From an uncultured Actinomycetota bacterium (lineage in GTDB: Bacteria; Actinomycetota; Thermoleophilia; Gaiellales; Gaiellaceae), in NCBI GenBank assembly GCA_963766565.1, contig CAVYAQ010000003.1, positions 582,338-646,337 on the forward strand: a stretch of DNA of 64,000 nt, given 5' to 3'. Position 1 is the stretch's first letter; the number at the start of each line of letters is the position of its first letter. The translations under genes and the position numbers were made by a program. The notes beneath the pieces are model-generated. The model had not been told where the DNA came from, searched no databases, and saw nothing but the letters and a program-made list of their open reading frames with translations. Positions 9,001 through 22,748 of the stretch are shown here, in pieces.

Positions 9001-9585
9001 ATGGCACGAGTGAAGCTCCGGAGCCGCCGAGAGGTCGTGGAGCGTGTTCGTGAGATCTCCGAGCAGCTGAAGCGCGCCTTGTCGATGCTCCCCGACGCCG
9101 AGGACGATCCGGCCGTGATCGAGGCCGTGTGGCAGGGCGAGGGGCTCGGAATGCTCCTCTGGGCGATGGGGCTCGCGGAGCTCGAGCCGTACGACCGGCC
9201 GTTCGATGCCGAGTGGCTGCTCGCGACGCCGACCGCGCACGGCTCGCTCAGGGCGAAGGCCGAGATCGAGCACGCGCGCGAGACGGCCCGGCTCTGGCAC
9301 TGGCGTGCTCGCACCGATCTGCTTCGCGCGGGGGACAGCGTGGACCTGCCTGCCGATTGGGACTCGTTCGAGCAGTTGATCGCGGTCGCGGCGATGCGCG
9401 GGTACGAGCGGGGGCTGCTTCCCTCACCGCTTCGGGGCGACTTCGCCGCACACGGCACCGGCTACAGGGAGCTCTCAACCGCGCAGCGAATGGAGGCACT
9501 GTCGATCGCCTGGGAGCGGCAACGGGCTCTCGAGTGGCTCTGCGGTGCGGGCAAGTCGTGGGCGGAGACGCCAACCGCTACCTGA
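9001..9585 (+). CDS. hypothetical protein (DUF4272-like)
   Basis: ATG at 9001 opens a 194-aa protein of normal composition (GLGMLLWAMGLAE...WHWRART...WERQRALEWLCG). The family assignment is from memory only. Confidence 0.5.
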   Translation: MARVKLRSRREVVERVREISEQLKRALSMLPDAEDDPAVIEAVWQGEGLGMLLWAMGLAELEPYDRPFDAEWLLATPTAHGSLRAKAEIEHARETARLWHWRARTDLLRAGDSVDLPADWDSFEQLIAVAAMRGYERGLLPSPLRGDFAAHGTGYRELSTAQRMEALSIAWERQRALEWLCGAGKSWAETPTAT

Positions 9586-9617
9586 GTCCGTCCGGGTTCG
9601 TTGCTAGTTTTGAAAAC

Positions 9618-10541
9618 ATGAAGTTGTCACTCGTCCTCACCTTGGGTCTACCGGCGCTCGTTGCCTTGCTCCTCGTCGCTGACGCCGGTGCCGCGCCCGC
9701 TCCGCCGATCCTCTACGTACAGGGCCTCAACTGCCCCGCGCACAAGAGCTGCACGCGTCTGCCTGCCTACTTCGACCGGATCCGGAAGATCACGAGGGTC
9801 GGCTTTCCCTCGACGCAGCTCTCGAGCGGCGCGTCCAGCGACTCGAGCCCGAGCTGGTCGCGCAACCACCGGCGGATCGCCTTCGTGCGCGAGTCCCACA
9901 ACGGTCTCTCGTACACGATCCGAGTGATGAACGCGAACGGCAGCGGCGTGCGGGCGCTCACCCACGGGAACGTGGTCGATGCCGAGCCGAGCTGGTCTCC
10001 CGATGGAAAGCGGATCGTATTCCGGGCGAACTCGCCGGATCGGCGGACGTTCGACCTGTACACGATCGGCGCCAACGGCAAAGGGCTTCGCAACGTGACC
10101 CGCAACGCAGACAGCGTCGGCGCGCTCGACCCGGACTGGTCGCCGAACGGCAAGCTCATCGCCTTCGAGCGGACGAAGCAGGGCTCGGGGGCCGGAACCG
10201 GGATCTACACGATCCGACCCGACGGGACGGGACTGAAACGGCTCCGGATCGGGGGTCAAGATCCGGCGTGGTCGCCGAGCGGGAAGCGCATCGCATTCGT
10301 CCTTCCCGACCCCGCCTCGGGCGGGAAGATCCAGATCTACCTGATGAACGCCAATGGAGCCGGACGAACCCGCCTGACGAACGGTCCCGAGAGCACCGCA
10401 CCGGCGTGGTCCCCCGACGGGAGCCGGATCGTCTTCGTGCGGGGCACCCAGATCACTCTGATCGGCGTGAACGGTCGTGGACTGAAGCAGGTCACCCGCA
10501 GGCTTCACGGGGGAAAGTTCGTGGATACGCCCGACTGGTGA
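9618..10541 (+). CDS. secreted TolB-like beta-propeller protein (PD40/WD40-like repeats)
   Basis: The signal peptide is MKLSLVLTLGLPALVALLLVADAGA. The P-W-SPDG-K-I-F units recur (PSWSPDGKRIVF, PDWSPNGKLIAF, PAWSPSGKRIAF, PAWSPDGSRIVF). Confidence 0.8.
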   Translation: MKLSLVLTLGLPALVALLLVADAGAAPAPPILYVQGLNCPAHKSCTRLPAYFDRIRKITRVGFPSTQLSSGASSDSSPSWSRNHRRIAFVRESHNGLSYTIRVMNANGSGVRALTHGNVVDAEPSWSPDGKRIVFRANSPDRRTFDLYTIGANGKGLRNVTRNADSVGALDPDWSPNGKLIAFERTKQGSGAGTGIYTIRPDGTGLKRLRIGGQDPAWSPSGKRIAFVLPDPASGGKIQIYLMNANGAGRTRLTNGPESTAPAWSPDGSRIVFVRGTQITLIGVNGRGLKQVTRRLHGGKFVDTPDW

Positions 10542-10634
10542 TCCGCCGCGGCACGGACCGGGCCCGTGCCCCGGGAACGACCGTGCTCCGAGAACGTCGC
10601 TGCCTCCAGAACGACGATGCCTCGAGAATGACTA

Positions 10635-10672
10635 CGGGCCGCCTTCGAGGTTCGAAACCTCTCGGCGGCCCG
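10635..10672. terminator. long GC hairpin between convergent genes (candidate bidirectional terminator)
   Basis: CGGGCCGCC-ttc-GAGGTT-cga-AACCTC-tc-GGCGGCCCG lies between the PD40 gene stop (10541) and the clpC stop (10701). It has no U-tract. Confidence 0.4.
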
Positions 10673-10700
10673 CGGTCAGACCTGTGTAGCTCTTGCCGAA

Positions 10701-13232
<2,532 letters not shown>

Positions 13233-13413
13233 CCTGACCCTCTCTGCCGCCTGTGACGGCGCCAACGGTTTCCCTGACCCGTCCTACTTCCCTGACTCGC
13301 AAGAACCATGGTACCGAGGCTCACGGCCGTCGGGGCGTCCCCGGACTAGAGACGGTGCCTGCCTGAACATGAGCGACGGCGACCTCGGTTTCCTTGAGCG
13401 AGCCAGGGTAGCG

Positions 13414-14785
13414 CTACCGGGGTAGCTCGCGCAGAGCCGGAAATAGGATCACGTCCCGGATCGAGTCCCTGCCGAGCAGGAGCATCGCGAGGCGGTCCAT
13501 CCCCATCCCGAGACCGCCGGTCGGAGGCATCCCGTAGGAGAGCGCCTCGACGTAGTCGGGGTCGCCCTGTTCCGCCTCGACGTTGCCGCCGGCGCCCTCG
13601 TCGGCCTGCATCGCAAAGCGCGCCACCTGCTCCTCGGGGTCGTTGATCTCCGTGAAGGCGTTGCCGAGCTCCATCCCGCCCGCGTAGTACTCGAACCGCT
13701 CCACGATCCCCTCCTCCACCGACGGGCGCGCAAACGGCGAGAGCTCCACGGGGTAGTCGTAGAGGATCGTCGGCTCGATCAGCCCGGGCTCGACGAAGTG
13801 CGAGAGCGCGTGGTCGACGAGCTGCGCCCACGTCCGGTCGTGCTCGGTCGTGACTCCGCGTTCGCTTCAGCTTCGCTCTGAGCTCGGCCTCGTCGCGCGT
13901 CCAGAGGCCGTGCACGGCCAGGGACTCCGTCAGCTTCAGCCGCTGCCAGCGCGAGAGGTCGAGCTCGTGTCCGCGGAACGTGACGGTCGTCGTGCCGAGG
14001 GTCTCGCCGGCGACGCGGGCGACGAGCCGCTCCATCCTGTCCATCGTGTCCTCGTAGTCGGCGTAGGCCTCGTACCACTCGAGCATCGTGAACTCGGGGT
14101 TGTGCTTGAACGAGACGCCCTCGTTGCGGAAGTCCTTCCCGATCTCGTACACGCGCTCGAGGCCGCCGACGATCAGGCGCTTGAGGTAGAGCTCCGTCGC
14201 GATCCGAAGGTAGAGCGTCTGGTCGAGCTCGTTGTGGTGCGTCTCGAACGGGCGTGCGAATGCGCCGCCGTACCTTGGTTGCAGGATCGGCGTCTCGACC
14301 TCGATGAAGCCGTCGTCGTCGAGGGCCCGGCGGACCGCGCTGATCATCCTCGCTCGGAGCATGAAGTCGCTGCGGGTCTCCTCGTTCATCAAGAGGTCGA
14401 GGTAGCGGCGCCGGTAGCGCTGCTCGACGTCGGTCAGGCCGTGAAAGGTGTCCGGGAGCGGCGCACGGATGGGTGAAAGCAGCTCGAGCGAGTCCACCGC
14501 GAGTGAAGGCTCGCCGCGACGCGACTTCGCGGGACGGCCGGTCACGCCGACGATGTCCCCGAGGTGCACGTCGATCTCGCCCACGCGGTCCTGCGAGCAG
14601 AGGAGCTGGATCCGGCCCGAGCGATCGACGAGGTCGAGGAACGTCAACTTTCCCATGTCGCGCCGCGCGAGCACTCGGCCGGCGAGCCGGCGCTCGTCCG
14701 AGGCCTCCGTGTCCGGATCGAGCGGCTCCGCCTCGGCCCGCACGGCGGCGACCACATCCCGATCCGGAAAGCGCGTCGGAGTCAT
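13414..14785 (-). pseudogene. lysS: lysine--tRNA ligase (class II) interrupted by one extra base (+1 frameshift near 13861-13864); possibly an assembly error
   Basis: The N-terminal 307 codons (OB fold, ...EIGKDFRNEGVSFKHNPEFTMLEWY...) are in one frame. The C-terminal roughly 149 codons (ERGVTTEHDRTWAQLVDH...YPVELSPFARP...GGLGMGMDRLAMLLLG) are in the frame one base downstream. Confidence 0.9.
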
Positions 14786-14794
14786 CCCGCAAGA

Positions 14795-15391
14795 CTAGGC
14801 GACAGGGCGCCTCATCATCCACGCTCGCGGACCATCGGCTGGAGTCCGGGTCTCGTGCACGACTTCGAAGCCGTGGGCTTCGTAGAAGGCCAGGTTCGCC
14901 TCGCTGTTCGTCAGCAGGGCGCAGGGAATGCGGTCGGCAGTTGAGTGGTCGATTCCGGGCTGCATCAGCGCGCTCCCGATCCCCTCTCGCCGGTGCTCGG
15001 GATCGACGCCGATTCCCGCGAGATACCAGTGTGGCTCGGGCACGGTGGCGGCCCGAATCGTCTCGACCGCGCGTCCGTAGGCGAAGAACCGCGACGTCGC
15101 CTCCCGCGCTCGCAACGGCGTCGCGACGAGCGCGCGGAGCATTGGACCGACATGGATCTGCGGCCGCCCGGGTGCGAGCCAGCGCGCGCAGCCGGCGCTG
15201 CGCAGACCGGCGGTCGTCCACACCTCGGCCTCGGTCACCTCGAAGTTCATCCGGAAGAGCCAGGGCAGGAGGGCCGCGCGCCGGTGGGCGTTCGGAACGA
15301 CCCAGCGCCACGCAGGATCCTCCTGAAACGCCCGCGCGAGCATCCGGCTCGCCTCGTCGATCTGTCCGTCCTCCAGCCGTGCGATTTCCAT
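14795..15391 (-). CDS. GNAT-family N-acetyltransferase
   Basis: ATG at 15391 opens a 198-aa protein with YLAGIGVDPEHRREGIGSALM and a C-terminal FYEAHGFEV motif. Confidence 0.7.
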   Translation of the reverse strand: MEIARLEDGQIDEASRMLARAFQEDPAWRWVVPNAHRRAALLPWLFRMNFEVTEAEVWTTAGLRSAGCARWLAPGRPQIHVGPMLRALVATPLRAREATSRFFAYGRAVETIRAATVPEPHWYLAGIGVDPEHRREGIGSALMQPGIDHSTADRIPCALLTNSEANLAFYEAHGFEVVHETRTPADGPRAWMMRRPVA

Positions 15392-15441
15392 CGGGCGACC
15401 ATAACGCGGAAACCTCCGCGGCCACCCGGGAGAGCAGCGAG

Positions 15442-15915
15442 CTACGCGGCCTTGATCTCCAGGATCTTGAACTTGAGCGCGCCCCGGGGGGCCACCACCT
15501 CGACCGTGTCGCCCTTCTTCATGCCCATGATCGCCCTCCCGACCGGAGACTCGTTCGAGAGCTTGTTCTCGGACGGATTCGCCTCGGCGGAGCCGACGAT
15601 GTGGTACTCGACGGTCTTGTTCGCCGCGATGTCCCGCAGGCGCACGGTCGAGCCGACCGAGACGCTGTCCTTCGAGATCTCCTTCTTGGTGATCACGCGG
15701 GCCGAGAGGAGCCGCTCCTCGAGCTGGGCGATCCGATGCTCGAGCATCGCCTGCTCGTTCTTGGCGTCGTCGTATTCGGCGTTTTCGGTGATGTCCCCGA
15801 ACTCGCGGGCAACACGAATCCGCTCGGCAACCTCGCGGCGCTTCTCGGTCTGGAGATAATCGATCTCCTGCCTGAGCTTCTCGTAGCCCTGGGCGGTGAG
15901 TATGACTTCCTTCAA
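15442..15915 (-). CDS. greA: transcription elongation factor GreA
   Basis: LTAQGYEKLRQEIDYL...REFGDITENAEYDDAK... is a full-length GreA pattern. Confidence 0.95.
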   Translation of the reverse strand: MKEVILTAQGYEKLRQEIDYLQTEKRREVAERIRVAREFGDITENAEYDDAKNEQAMLEHRIAQLEERLLSARVITKKEISKDSVSVGSTVRLRDIAANKTVEYHIVGSAEANPSENKLSNESPVGRAIMGMKKGDTVEVVAPRGALKFKILEIKAA

Positions 15916-16022
15916 AGCACCTCCTGAATGCCTCGAACGCGCCCTTTCCGGGCGCGCGAGCGGGCGGCCATAGTAGCGAGCGGCGCCAGTAGTCGCAAGG
16001 CCTGCCGCTACGATCGATCGCG

Positions 16023-17096
16023 ATGTCCGCCGATCTGCACGAGCCCGACCTGGGCGAGCACTGGTTCCTCGGTCCGGTCGAGATCCCTGGCCGGCTCGTG
16101 CTGGCCCCGATGGCGGGGGTGAGCGTCCAGGCCTTCCGACGCCAGGGGCGCAGGTTCGGCGCGGGTCTCGTCTGCTCCGAGATGGTCTCCGTGGCGGGAA
16201 TCCAGCACCGCAACGAGCGAACGCTGGGCTACCTCCGCGTTGCCTCCGACGAGCATCCGCTCGCGATCCAGATCTTCGGCTCCGACCCCGCCGCGATGGC
16301 CGAGGCGGCGAGGATGGTCGAGGCCGCGGGCGCCGACATCGTCGACATCAACTTCGGCTGCCCCGTGCGCAAGGTGACGAAGACCGGGGCCGGCGCATCA
16401 CTGCTCGACGACCCCCGGCACGCCGCGCGGATCGTCGGCGCAGTCGCGGGTGCGACGGCGCTTCCCGTGTCCGTGAAGATGCGACGCGGGACGGCGAACG
16501 GCTCGCGGGACTGCCTCGTCGTCGGCACCCGCCTCGTCGAGGCGGGTGCCTCGTCGCTGACGCTCCACCCGCGCTCGGCGAAGCAGATGTACACGGGCAC
16601 AGCGGATCACTCGCTCACCGCGGAGCTCGTTGCACTTGTCGACGTGCCGGTGATCGCCTCCGGTGACATCACCTCTCGGGCTCGGGCGCGGGCGGTTCTC
16701 GCCACCACCGGCGCCGCCGCGGTGATGGTCGGCCGCGCCGCGCAGGGCAACCCGTGGGCGCTCGCCGAGATCATGGGCGAGAGCCACGACCCGTCGCGCG
16801 AAGAGGTCGTCGCCGAGCTGCTCCTCTTCATCCGAGAGACGGTGCGAGAGCTCGGCGAGTACCGCGCAACCGGCTTCCTGAAGAAGTTCTACGGCTGGTA
16901 TCTCGGTCACGGCCGTTTCCCGAAGCCGTTCAAGCAGGAGCTTGTGATGCTGTCGACGATCGAGGAGGTCGAGCTGAGGCTCCTCGCCGCCGCGCCCGGT
17001 GCGGCGGAGGTTCTGGAGCGGCTCGAGACGGAGCTACCCGACGTGGACGAGGTGCTGCTCGACTCGCTCCCGATCTCGCTCTACGGCGGCGGCTGA
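16023..17096 (+). CDS. dus: tRNA-dihydrouridine synthase
   Basis: It contains LAPMAGVS...DINFGCPVRKV...VKMRRG and a TIM-barrel Dus signature. Confidence 0.85.
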   Translation: MSADLHEPDLGEHWFLGPVEIPGRLVLAPMAGVSVQAFRRQGRRFGAGLVCSEMVSVAGIQHRNERTLGYLRVASDEHPLAIQIFGSDPAAMAEAARMVEAAGADIVDINFGCPVRKVTKTGAGASLLDDPRHAARIVGAVAGATALPVSVKMRRGTANGSRDCLVVGTRLVEAGASSLTLHPRSAKQMYTGTADHSLTAELVALVDVPVIASGDITSRARARAVLATTGAAAVMVGRAAQGNPWALAEIMGESHDPSREEVVAELLLFIRETVRELGEYRATGFLKKFYGWYLGHGRFPKPFKQELVMLSTIEEVELRLLAAAPGAAEVLERLETELPDVDEVLLDSLPISLYGGG

Positions 17097-17186
17097 GAGA
17101 TCGCGGCCCGGATCGACGCGATCCGGAGCCGGGAGACGGAACCGCGGGAGAACGGCGCTCGTGGAGAAATCGTTTCGAAGTTGGTA

Positions 17187-17215
17187 CAGACACGGCCGAC
17201 CGAACCCCGTAGAAT
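17187..17215 (+). promoter_or_regulatory. candidate sigma70-like promoter (CAGACA-N17-TAGAAT) in the dus/coaX convergent spacer
   Basis: The hexamers are at 17187-17192 and 17210-17215, in a locally AT-richer patch. No annotated gene lies downstream on the plus strand. Confidence 0.2.
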
Positions 17216-17377
17216 TGGCAGTGAGGGTGGCGGGTTGGCTTCCCCACCCTGGGTGGGGAACGGCCGTCGGGGCGTTTGGCCGAAAGGCCAGGGCGAAGAC
17301 GGCCGGTACTCATCCGCACCGGGCACAGATGGGGTTGTCCTGGTGGGTCGGGTCGGGAGGCGGCGACCGTCTGCCGG

Positions 17378-18130
17378 TCAGCGATTCCGCTCCCACACGA
17401 TCCGGAGGCCCTGCAGCGTCAGCTCCGGGTCGACGGCGGTGATCGTTCGCGAGTGCGGGGCGATCAGTTCCGCGAGGCCCCCGGTGGCGACGACCGGTGC
17501 CTCGGGAGCGACCAGCTCCTCGCGAATCCGGTCGACGATCGCGTCCACCTGTCCGGCGAAGCCGTAGACGAGCCCCGACTGCAGGGCGGACACCGTCGTC
17601 TGCGAGATCACGCGCTCCGGAGCGACGAACGGCACCTTGGGCAGCCGTGCTGCCCGCGCGAAGAGCGCGTCCATCGAGAGCTGCACGCCCGGCGCCAGCA
17701 CGCCGCCGGCGAACTCGCCGGCGGCCGAGACGACGTCGAAGTTCGTGGAGGTGCCGAAGTCGACGACGATGCAGGGGGCGCCGTGGCGTTCGCGCGCGCC
17801 GACCGCGTTCGCGATCCGGTCCGGGCCGACTTCGCGAGGGTCGTCGTAGCGAATCGGCATCCCGGTCGAGACGCCTGGGCCGAGCACGAGCAGGTCGACC
17901 CCCGCCCACCGATCCGCGAACGCCTCGTATTCGCGCACGAGCGGCGGCACCGAGGAGCACAGGACGAGCCCTTCCATCGTTTCGAGCTCCACGAGAGAGC
18001 GAAGGAGAACGCCCAGCTCGTCGGCTGTCTGAGCCGGGTTCGTGCCGACGCGAAACTGCTTCGCAAGCGCCGGCCCTTCGAACAGCCCCAGGACCGTCTG
18101 GGTGTTGCCCACGTCGATCGCGAGGAGCAT
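17378..18130 (-). CDS. coaX: type III pantothenate kinase
   Basis: MLLAIDVGNTQTVLGLF...VVDFGTSTNFD...ATGG is typical CoaX. Confidence 0.9.
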   Translation of the reverse strand: MLLAIDVGNTQTVLGLFEGPALAKQFRVGTNPAQTADELGVLLRSLVELETMEGLVLCSSVPPLVREYEAFADRWAGVDLLVLGPGVSTGMPIRYDDPREVGPDRIANAVGARERHGAPCIVVDFGTSTNFDVVSAAGEFAGGVLAPGVQLSMDALFARAARLPKVPFVAPERVISQTTVSALQSGLVYGFAGQVDAIVDRIREELVAPEAPVVATGGLAELIAPHSRTITAVDPELTLQGLRIVWERNR

Positions 18131-18150
18131 CGGCCGGGTGCCGGGAGTCC

Positions 18151-18516
18151 CTAGAGGTCTTCGTCCTGGGGCCGCTGGTCGCTCAGGCGCTTCGCGAGCT
18201 CGTCAGCGGTGAACGCGGGCTCCTCGCCGTCGGCGCGGAGCTCCTCGACCGTCAGGTCGCCGGTCGTCCAGAACTGCACCTTCGGGATCATTCGCGTCGG
18301 GCGGCTCTTGTCCCACACCCACACGTCCTCCATCTTCACCTCGAAGAACGGGAAGCCGGGCTGGGGCACGTACTGCCAGTCGAGCTTGTTGCAGAGATAG
18401 GTTCCATCCTGCGTGAGCACGCAGTACCGGAAGAGCGAGTAGACCGCCCCGTACTCCTTCTTCAGCCGCAGCTCGAGCTCGGCCTCGAAATCGTCGAGCT
18501 CGTCGAGATGACTCAT
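18151..18516 (-). CDS. DUF2469-family protein (actinobacterial conserved, Rv2901c-like)
   Basis: ATG at 18516. MSHLDELDDFEAELELRLKKEY...FRYCVLT...EDVWVWDKSRPTR is colinear with the remembered Rv2901c sequence. The 231-aa ORF start is rejected. Confidence 0.65.
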   Translation of the reverse strand: MSHLDELDDFEAELELRLKKEYGAVYSLFRYCVLTQDGTYLCNKLDWQYVPQPGFPFFEVKMEDVWVWDKSRPTRMIPKVQFWTTGDLTVEELRADGEEPAFTADELAKRLSDQRPQDEDL

Positions 18517-18962
18517 GCGGAGGATTGTAGCCTCGTCAACAACTCCGAGACCTCCCCGAGACCTGGGACGACGAGATCGGGCGCCAGTTCGGCGAGCGGC
18601 TCGAGCACGAAGAGCCGCTCGGCGAGCTGCGGATGCGGAACCGAGAGCTTCGACTCGTGGTGCTCCTCCTCCCCGAAGACGAGCAGGTCGAGGTCGATCG
18701 TTCGCGGCCCCCAGCGTGTCCCGTCTCGGACTCGCCCCAGCTGCCGCTCCACAGCGAGCAGGCGCCCGAGCAGTTCGTGCGCGGTCTCCGTCGTGTCGAG
18801 CTCGGCGACAGCGTTGACGAAACTCGGCTGGTCGGGCACACCCCAAGGCTCCGTCTCGCGAAGCGCCGAGAGCCGGCGCGCGCCGATCAGCTCGGACGCC
18901 TGCCGGATCGATCCCTCTCGGTCGCCCAGGTTCGCTCCGAGGCCGACGTAGGCGAGGGTCAT
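18513..18962 (-). CDS. folK: 2-amino-4-hydroxy-6-hydroxymethyldihydropteridine diphosphokinase
   Basis: AYVGLGANLGDR...ETEPWG...RWGPRTIDLDLL...LSVPHP... is typical FolK. The start is ATG at 18962, in an ATGA overlap with the folB stop. Confidence 0.9.
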   Translation of the reverse strand: MTLAYVGLGANLGDREGSIRQASELIGARRLSALRETEPWGVPDQPSFVNAVAELDTTETAHELLGRLLAVERQLGRVRDGTRWGPRTIDLDLLVFGEEEHHESKLSVPHPQLAERLFVLEPLAELAPDLVVPGLGEVSELLTRLQSSA

Positions 18963-19306
18963 CGGCGCCGTTCCACGGTGGCTGCGGCGAACTCCAGGTC
19001 GATCCCGGCCGGACGAGCCTCCGGCTTGCGCACCCGAACCCTCACCCATTCGGGCTCGAACCGGCTGACGAGCTCGTCCGCGATCGCGGTCGCGAGCGCC
19101 TCGAGCAGGCGGAACTGACCGGCGGCGACCTCGTGTACCGCGGCGGCGACCTTGCTGTAGTCGACCGCGTTCTCGATCCGGTCGTCGGAGCCGCGGTCGC
19201 CCACCTCGAGCTCGACGTCGTAGACGAACTGCTGGCCGTGCTCGCGCTCGTAGTCATGGACCCCGTGACGCCCGAAGAGCTCCAGCCCGCGAAGCTCGAT
19301 CCTCAC
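18959..19306 (-). CDS. folB: dihydroneopterin aldolase
   Basis: (M)RIELRGLELFGRHGVHDYEREHGQQFVYDVEL...DYSKV... is typical FolB. The start is GTG at 19306, in a GTGA overlap with the folP stop. Confidence 0.85.
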   Translation of the reverse strand: MRIELRGLELFGRHGVHDYEREHGQQFVYDVELEVGDRGSDDRIENAVDYSKVAAAVHEVAAGQFRLLEALATAIADELVSRFEPEWVRVRVRKPEARPAGIDLEFAAATVERRR

Positions 19307-20130
19307 GGGCCCTCGTAGACGGCTGCGGCGGCGCGCAGCGCCTCGACATGCGCCCGCACGTCGTGGACCCGGAGGATCCCGGCGCCCCGCTCGTAGGCTG
19401 CGACGGCCGCACCGACCGAAGCCGCAGTCGTCCCGACCGTCGCCGAGGGGTCGCCGAAGAGACGTGCAAGCGTGCTCTTTCGTGAGAACCCGACGACGAG
19501 CGGCCGCCCGATCGCGGCGAGCTCCGGCAGCCGTCGGGCGAGCTCGAAGTTGTGCTCGATCGCCTTCCCGAATCCGATCCCGGGGTCGAGGCAGATGAGC
19601 TCCTCGCGGATTCCCTCGGCGACGGCGAAGGCGAGCCGCTCCTCGAGAAACGCCTTCACCTCGGAGACGACGTCGTCGTAACGGGGATCGACCTGCATCG
19701 TCCGCGGCTCGCCCTTCATGTGCATCAGGCAGCAGTAAGCGCCTGCCCCGGCCACGACGCCCGCCAGCTCCGGGTCGCCCCGCAACGCCGTCACGTCGTT
19801 CACGAGCTCGGCCCCGAGCTCGAGTGCGCGGCGGGCGACCTCCGGCTTCGCGGTGTCGATCGAGACCGGAGCTCCTGCCAGCGCCTCGAGTACCGGCACG
19901 ACCCGCCGAAGCTCCTCGTCCACCGGGACGCTCTCCGACCCGGGACGCGTCGACTCGCCGCCGACGTCGATGATCGCTGCGCCCTCGTCGAGCATCCCGA
20001 GCGCGGTCGTCGACGCGGCATCCGGCCACAGGTTCGCGCCGCCGTCGGAGAACGAGTCGGGCGTGACGTTGATCACGCCCATCACAGCCGGGCGGGCGAA
20101 GCGCTCCTCGATCGACGGCCGTGACTGCAC
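19303..20130 (-). CDS. folP: dihydropteroate synthase
   Basis: It contains VMGVINVTPDSFSDGG...IIDVGGESTRPG...DPGIGFGK. Confidence 0.95.
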   Translation of the reverse strand: MQSRPSIEERFARPAVMGVINVTPDSFSDGGANLWPDAASTTALGMLDEGAAIIDVGGESTRPGSESVPVDEELRRVVPVLEALAGAPVSIDTAKPEVARRALELGAELVNDVTALRGDPELAGVVAGAGAYCCLMHMKGEPRTMQVDPRYDDVVSEVKAFLEERLAFAVAEGIREELICLDPGIGFGKAIEHNFELARRLPELAAIGRPLVVGFSRKSTLARLFGDPSATVGTTAASVGAAVAAYERGAGILRVHDVRAHVEALRAAAAVYEGP

Positions 20131-20146
20131 CGCCGGATTCTTGCTG

Positions 20147-22165
<2,019 letters not shown>

Positions 22166-22187
22166 GGGCCCGCTCCTTTTTCGCTCC

Positions 22188-22748
22188 TCAGACGCCTTCG
22201 GGCATCAGCTCGGCGTGCAGCACGCCGACATACGGCAGATTCCGGTAGCGCTCCGCGAAATCCAGGCCGTACCCGATCACGAACCGGTTCGGGATCTCGA
22301 AGCCCGTATAGCGAACGTCGACCTCGATCTCGCGGCGATCGCTCTTCGTCAGGAGCGCGCAGACGGCGAGGCTCGCCGGGTTGCGCGACTCGAGATTGCG
22401 CATCAGGTAGGAGAGTGTCAGCCCGGAGTCGATGATGTCTTCGATCACGAGCACGTGCCGGCCCTCGATGTTGATGTCGAGATCCTTGAGAATGCGGACG
22501 ACGCCCGAGGAGTCCGTCGAGGCGCCGTAGGAGGAGATCGCCATGAAGTCGATCTCGCAGGGGACGCCGATCGAGCGCATGAGGTCGGCCATGAAGAAGA
22601 CGGCGCCCTTGAGGACGCCGACGAGGAGCAGCTCCCGGCCGGCGTAGTCGTGCGTGATCTCATCGCCGAGCTCGTGGATACGGCTCTGGAGGCGGTCCGC
22701 ATCGATCAGGATCTCCCCGACCGCGCGCTCGAGCTCCGATTGATTCAT
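22188..22748 (-). CDS. hpt: hypoxanthine phosphoribosyltransferase
   Basis: ATG at 22748. It contains [16 protein letters not shown] and the [18 protein letters not shown] motif. The start overlaps the tilS stop. Confidence 0.93.
   Translation of the reverse strand: MNQSELERAVGEILIDADRLQSRIHELGDEITHDYAGRELLLVGVLKGAVFFMADLMRSIGVPCEIDFMAISSYGASTDSSGVVRILKDLDINIEGRHVLVIEDIIDSGLTLSYLMRNLESRNPASLAVCALLTKSDRREIEVDVRYTGFEIPNRFVIGYGLDFAERYRNLPYVGVLHAELMPEGV

Noticed and set aside
8895-9458. An N-terminal 188-codon extension of radA in the 630-aa ORF.
   Set aside because: The extension is Ser/Arg/Ala-rich nonsense. The canonical RadA N-terminus (MAKAAALHHSCTECG, zinc finger) begins at ATG 8894, and the opposite strand carries a plausible gene from 9001.
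13861-13864. Programmed +1 ribosomal frameshifting (prfB-like) at lysS, rplR or dacB.
   Set aside because: There is no in-frame stop at the shift sites, no CUU-UGA-type slippery context and no upstream Shine-Dalgarno-like stimulator. There are four independent sites in unrelated genes. Sequence error is the more parsimonious explanation.
17097-17377. Identification of the structured dus/coaX spacer as SRP RNA, RNase P RNA, tmRNA or 6S RNA.
   Set aside because: I could not find the SRP domain IV motif (AGG...GGAA...AGCA), the RNase P P4 boxes (GAGGAAAGUCC / ACAGAA), or a tRNA-like end. The length is wrong for RNase P and tmRNA. It is kept only as an unclassified candidate.
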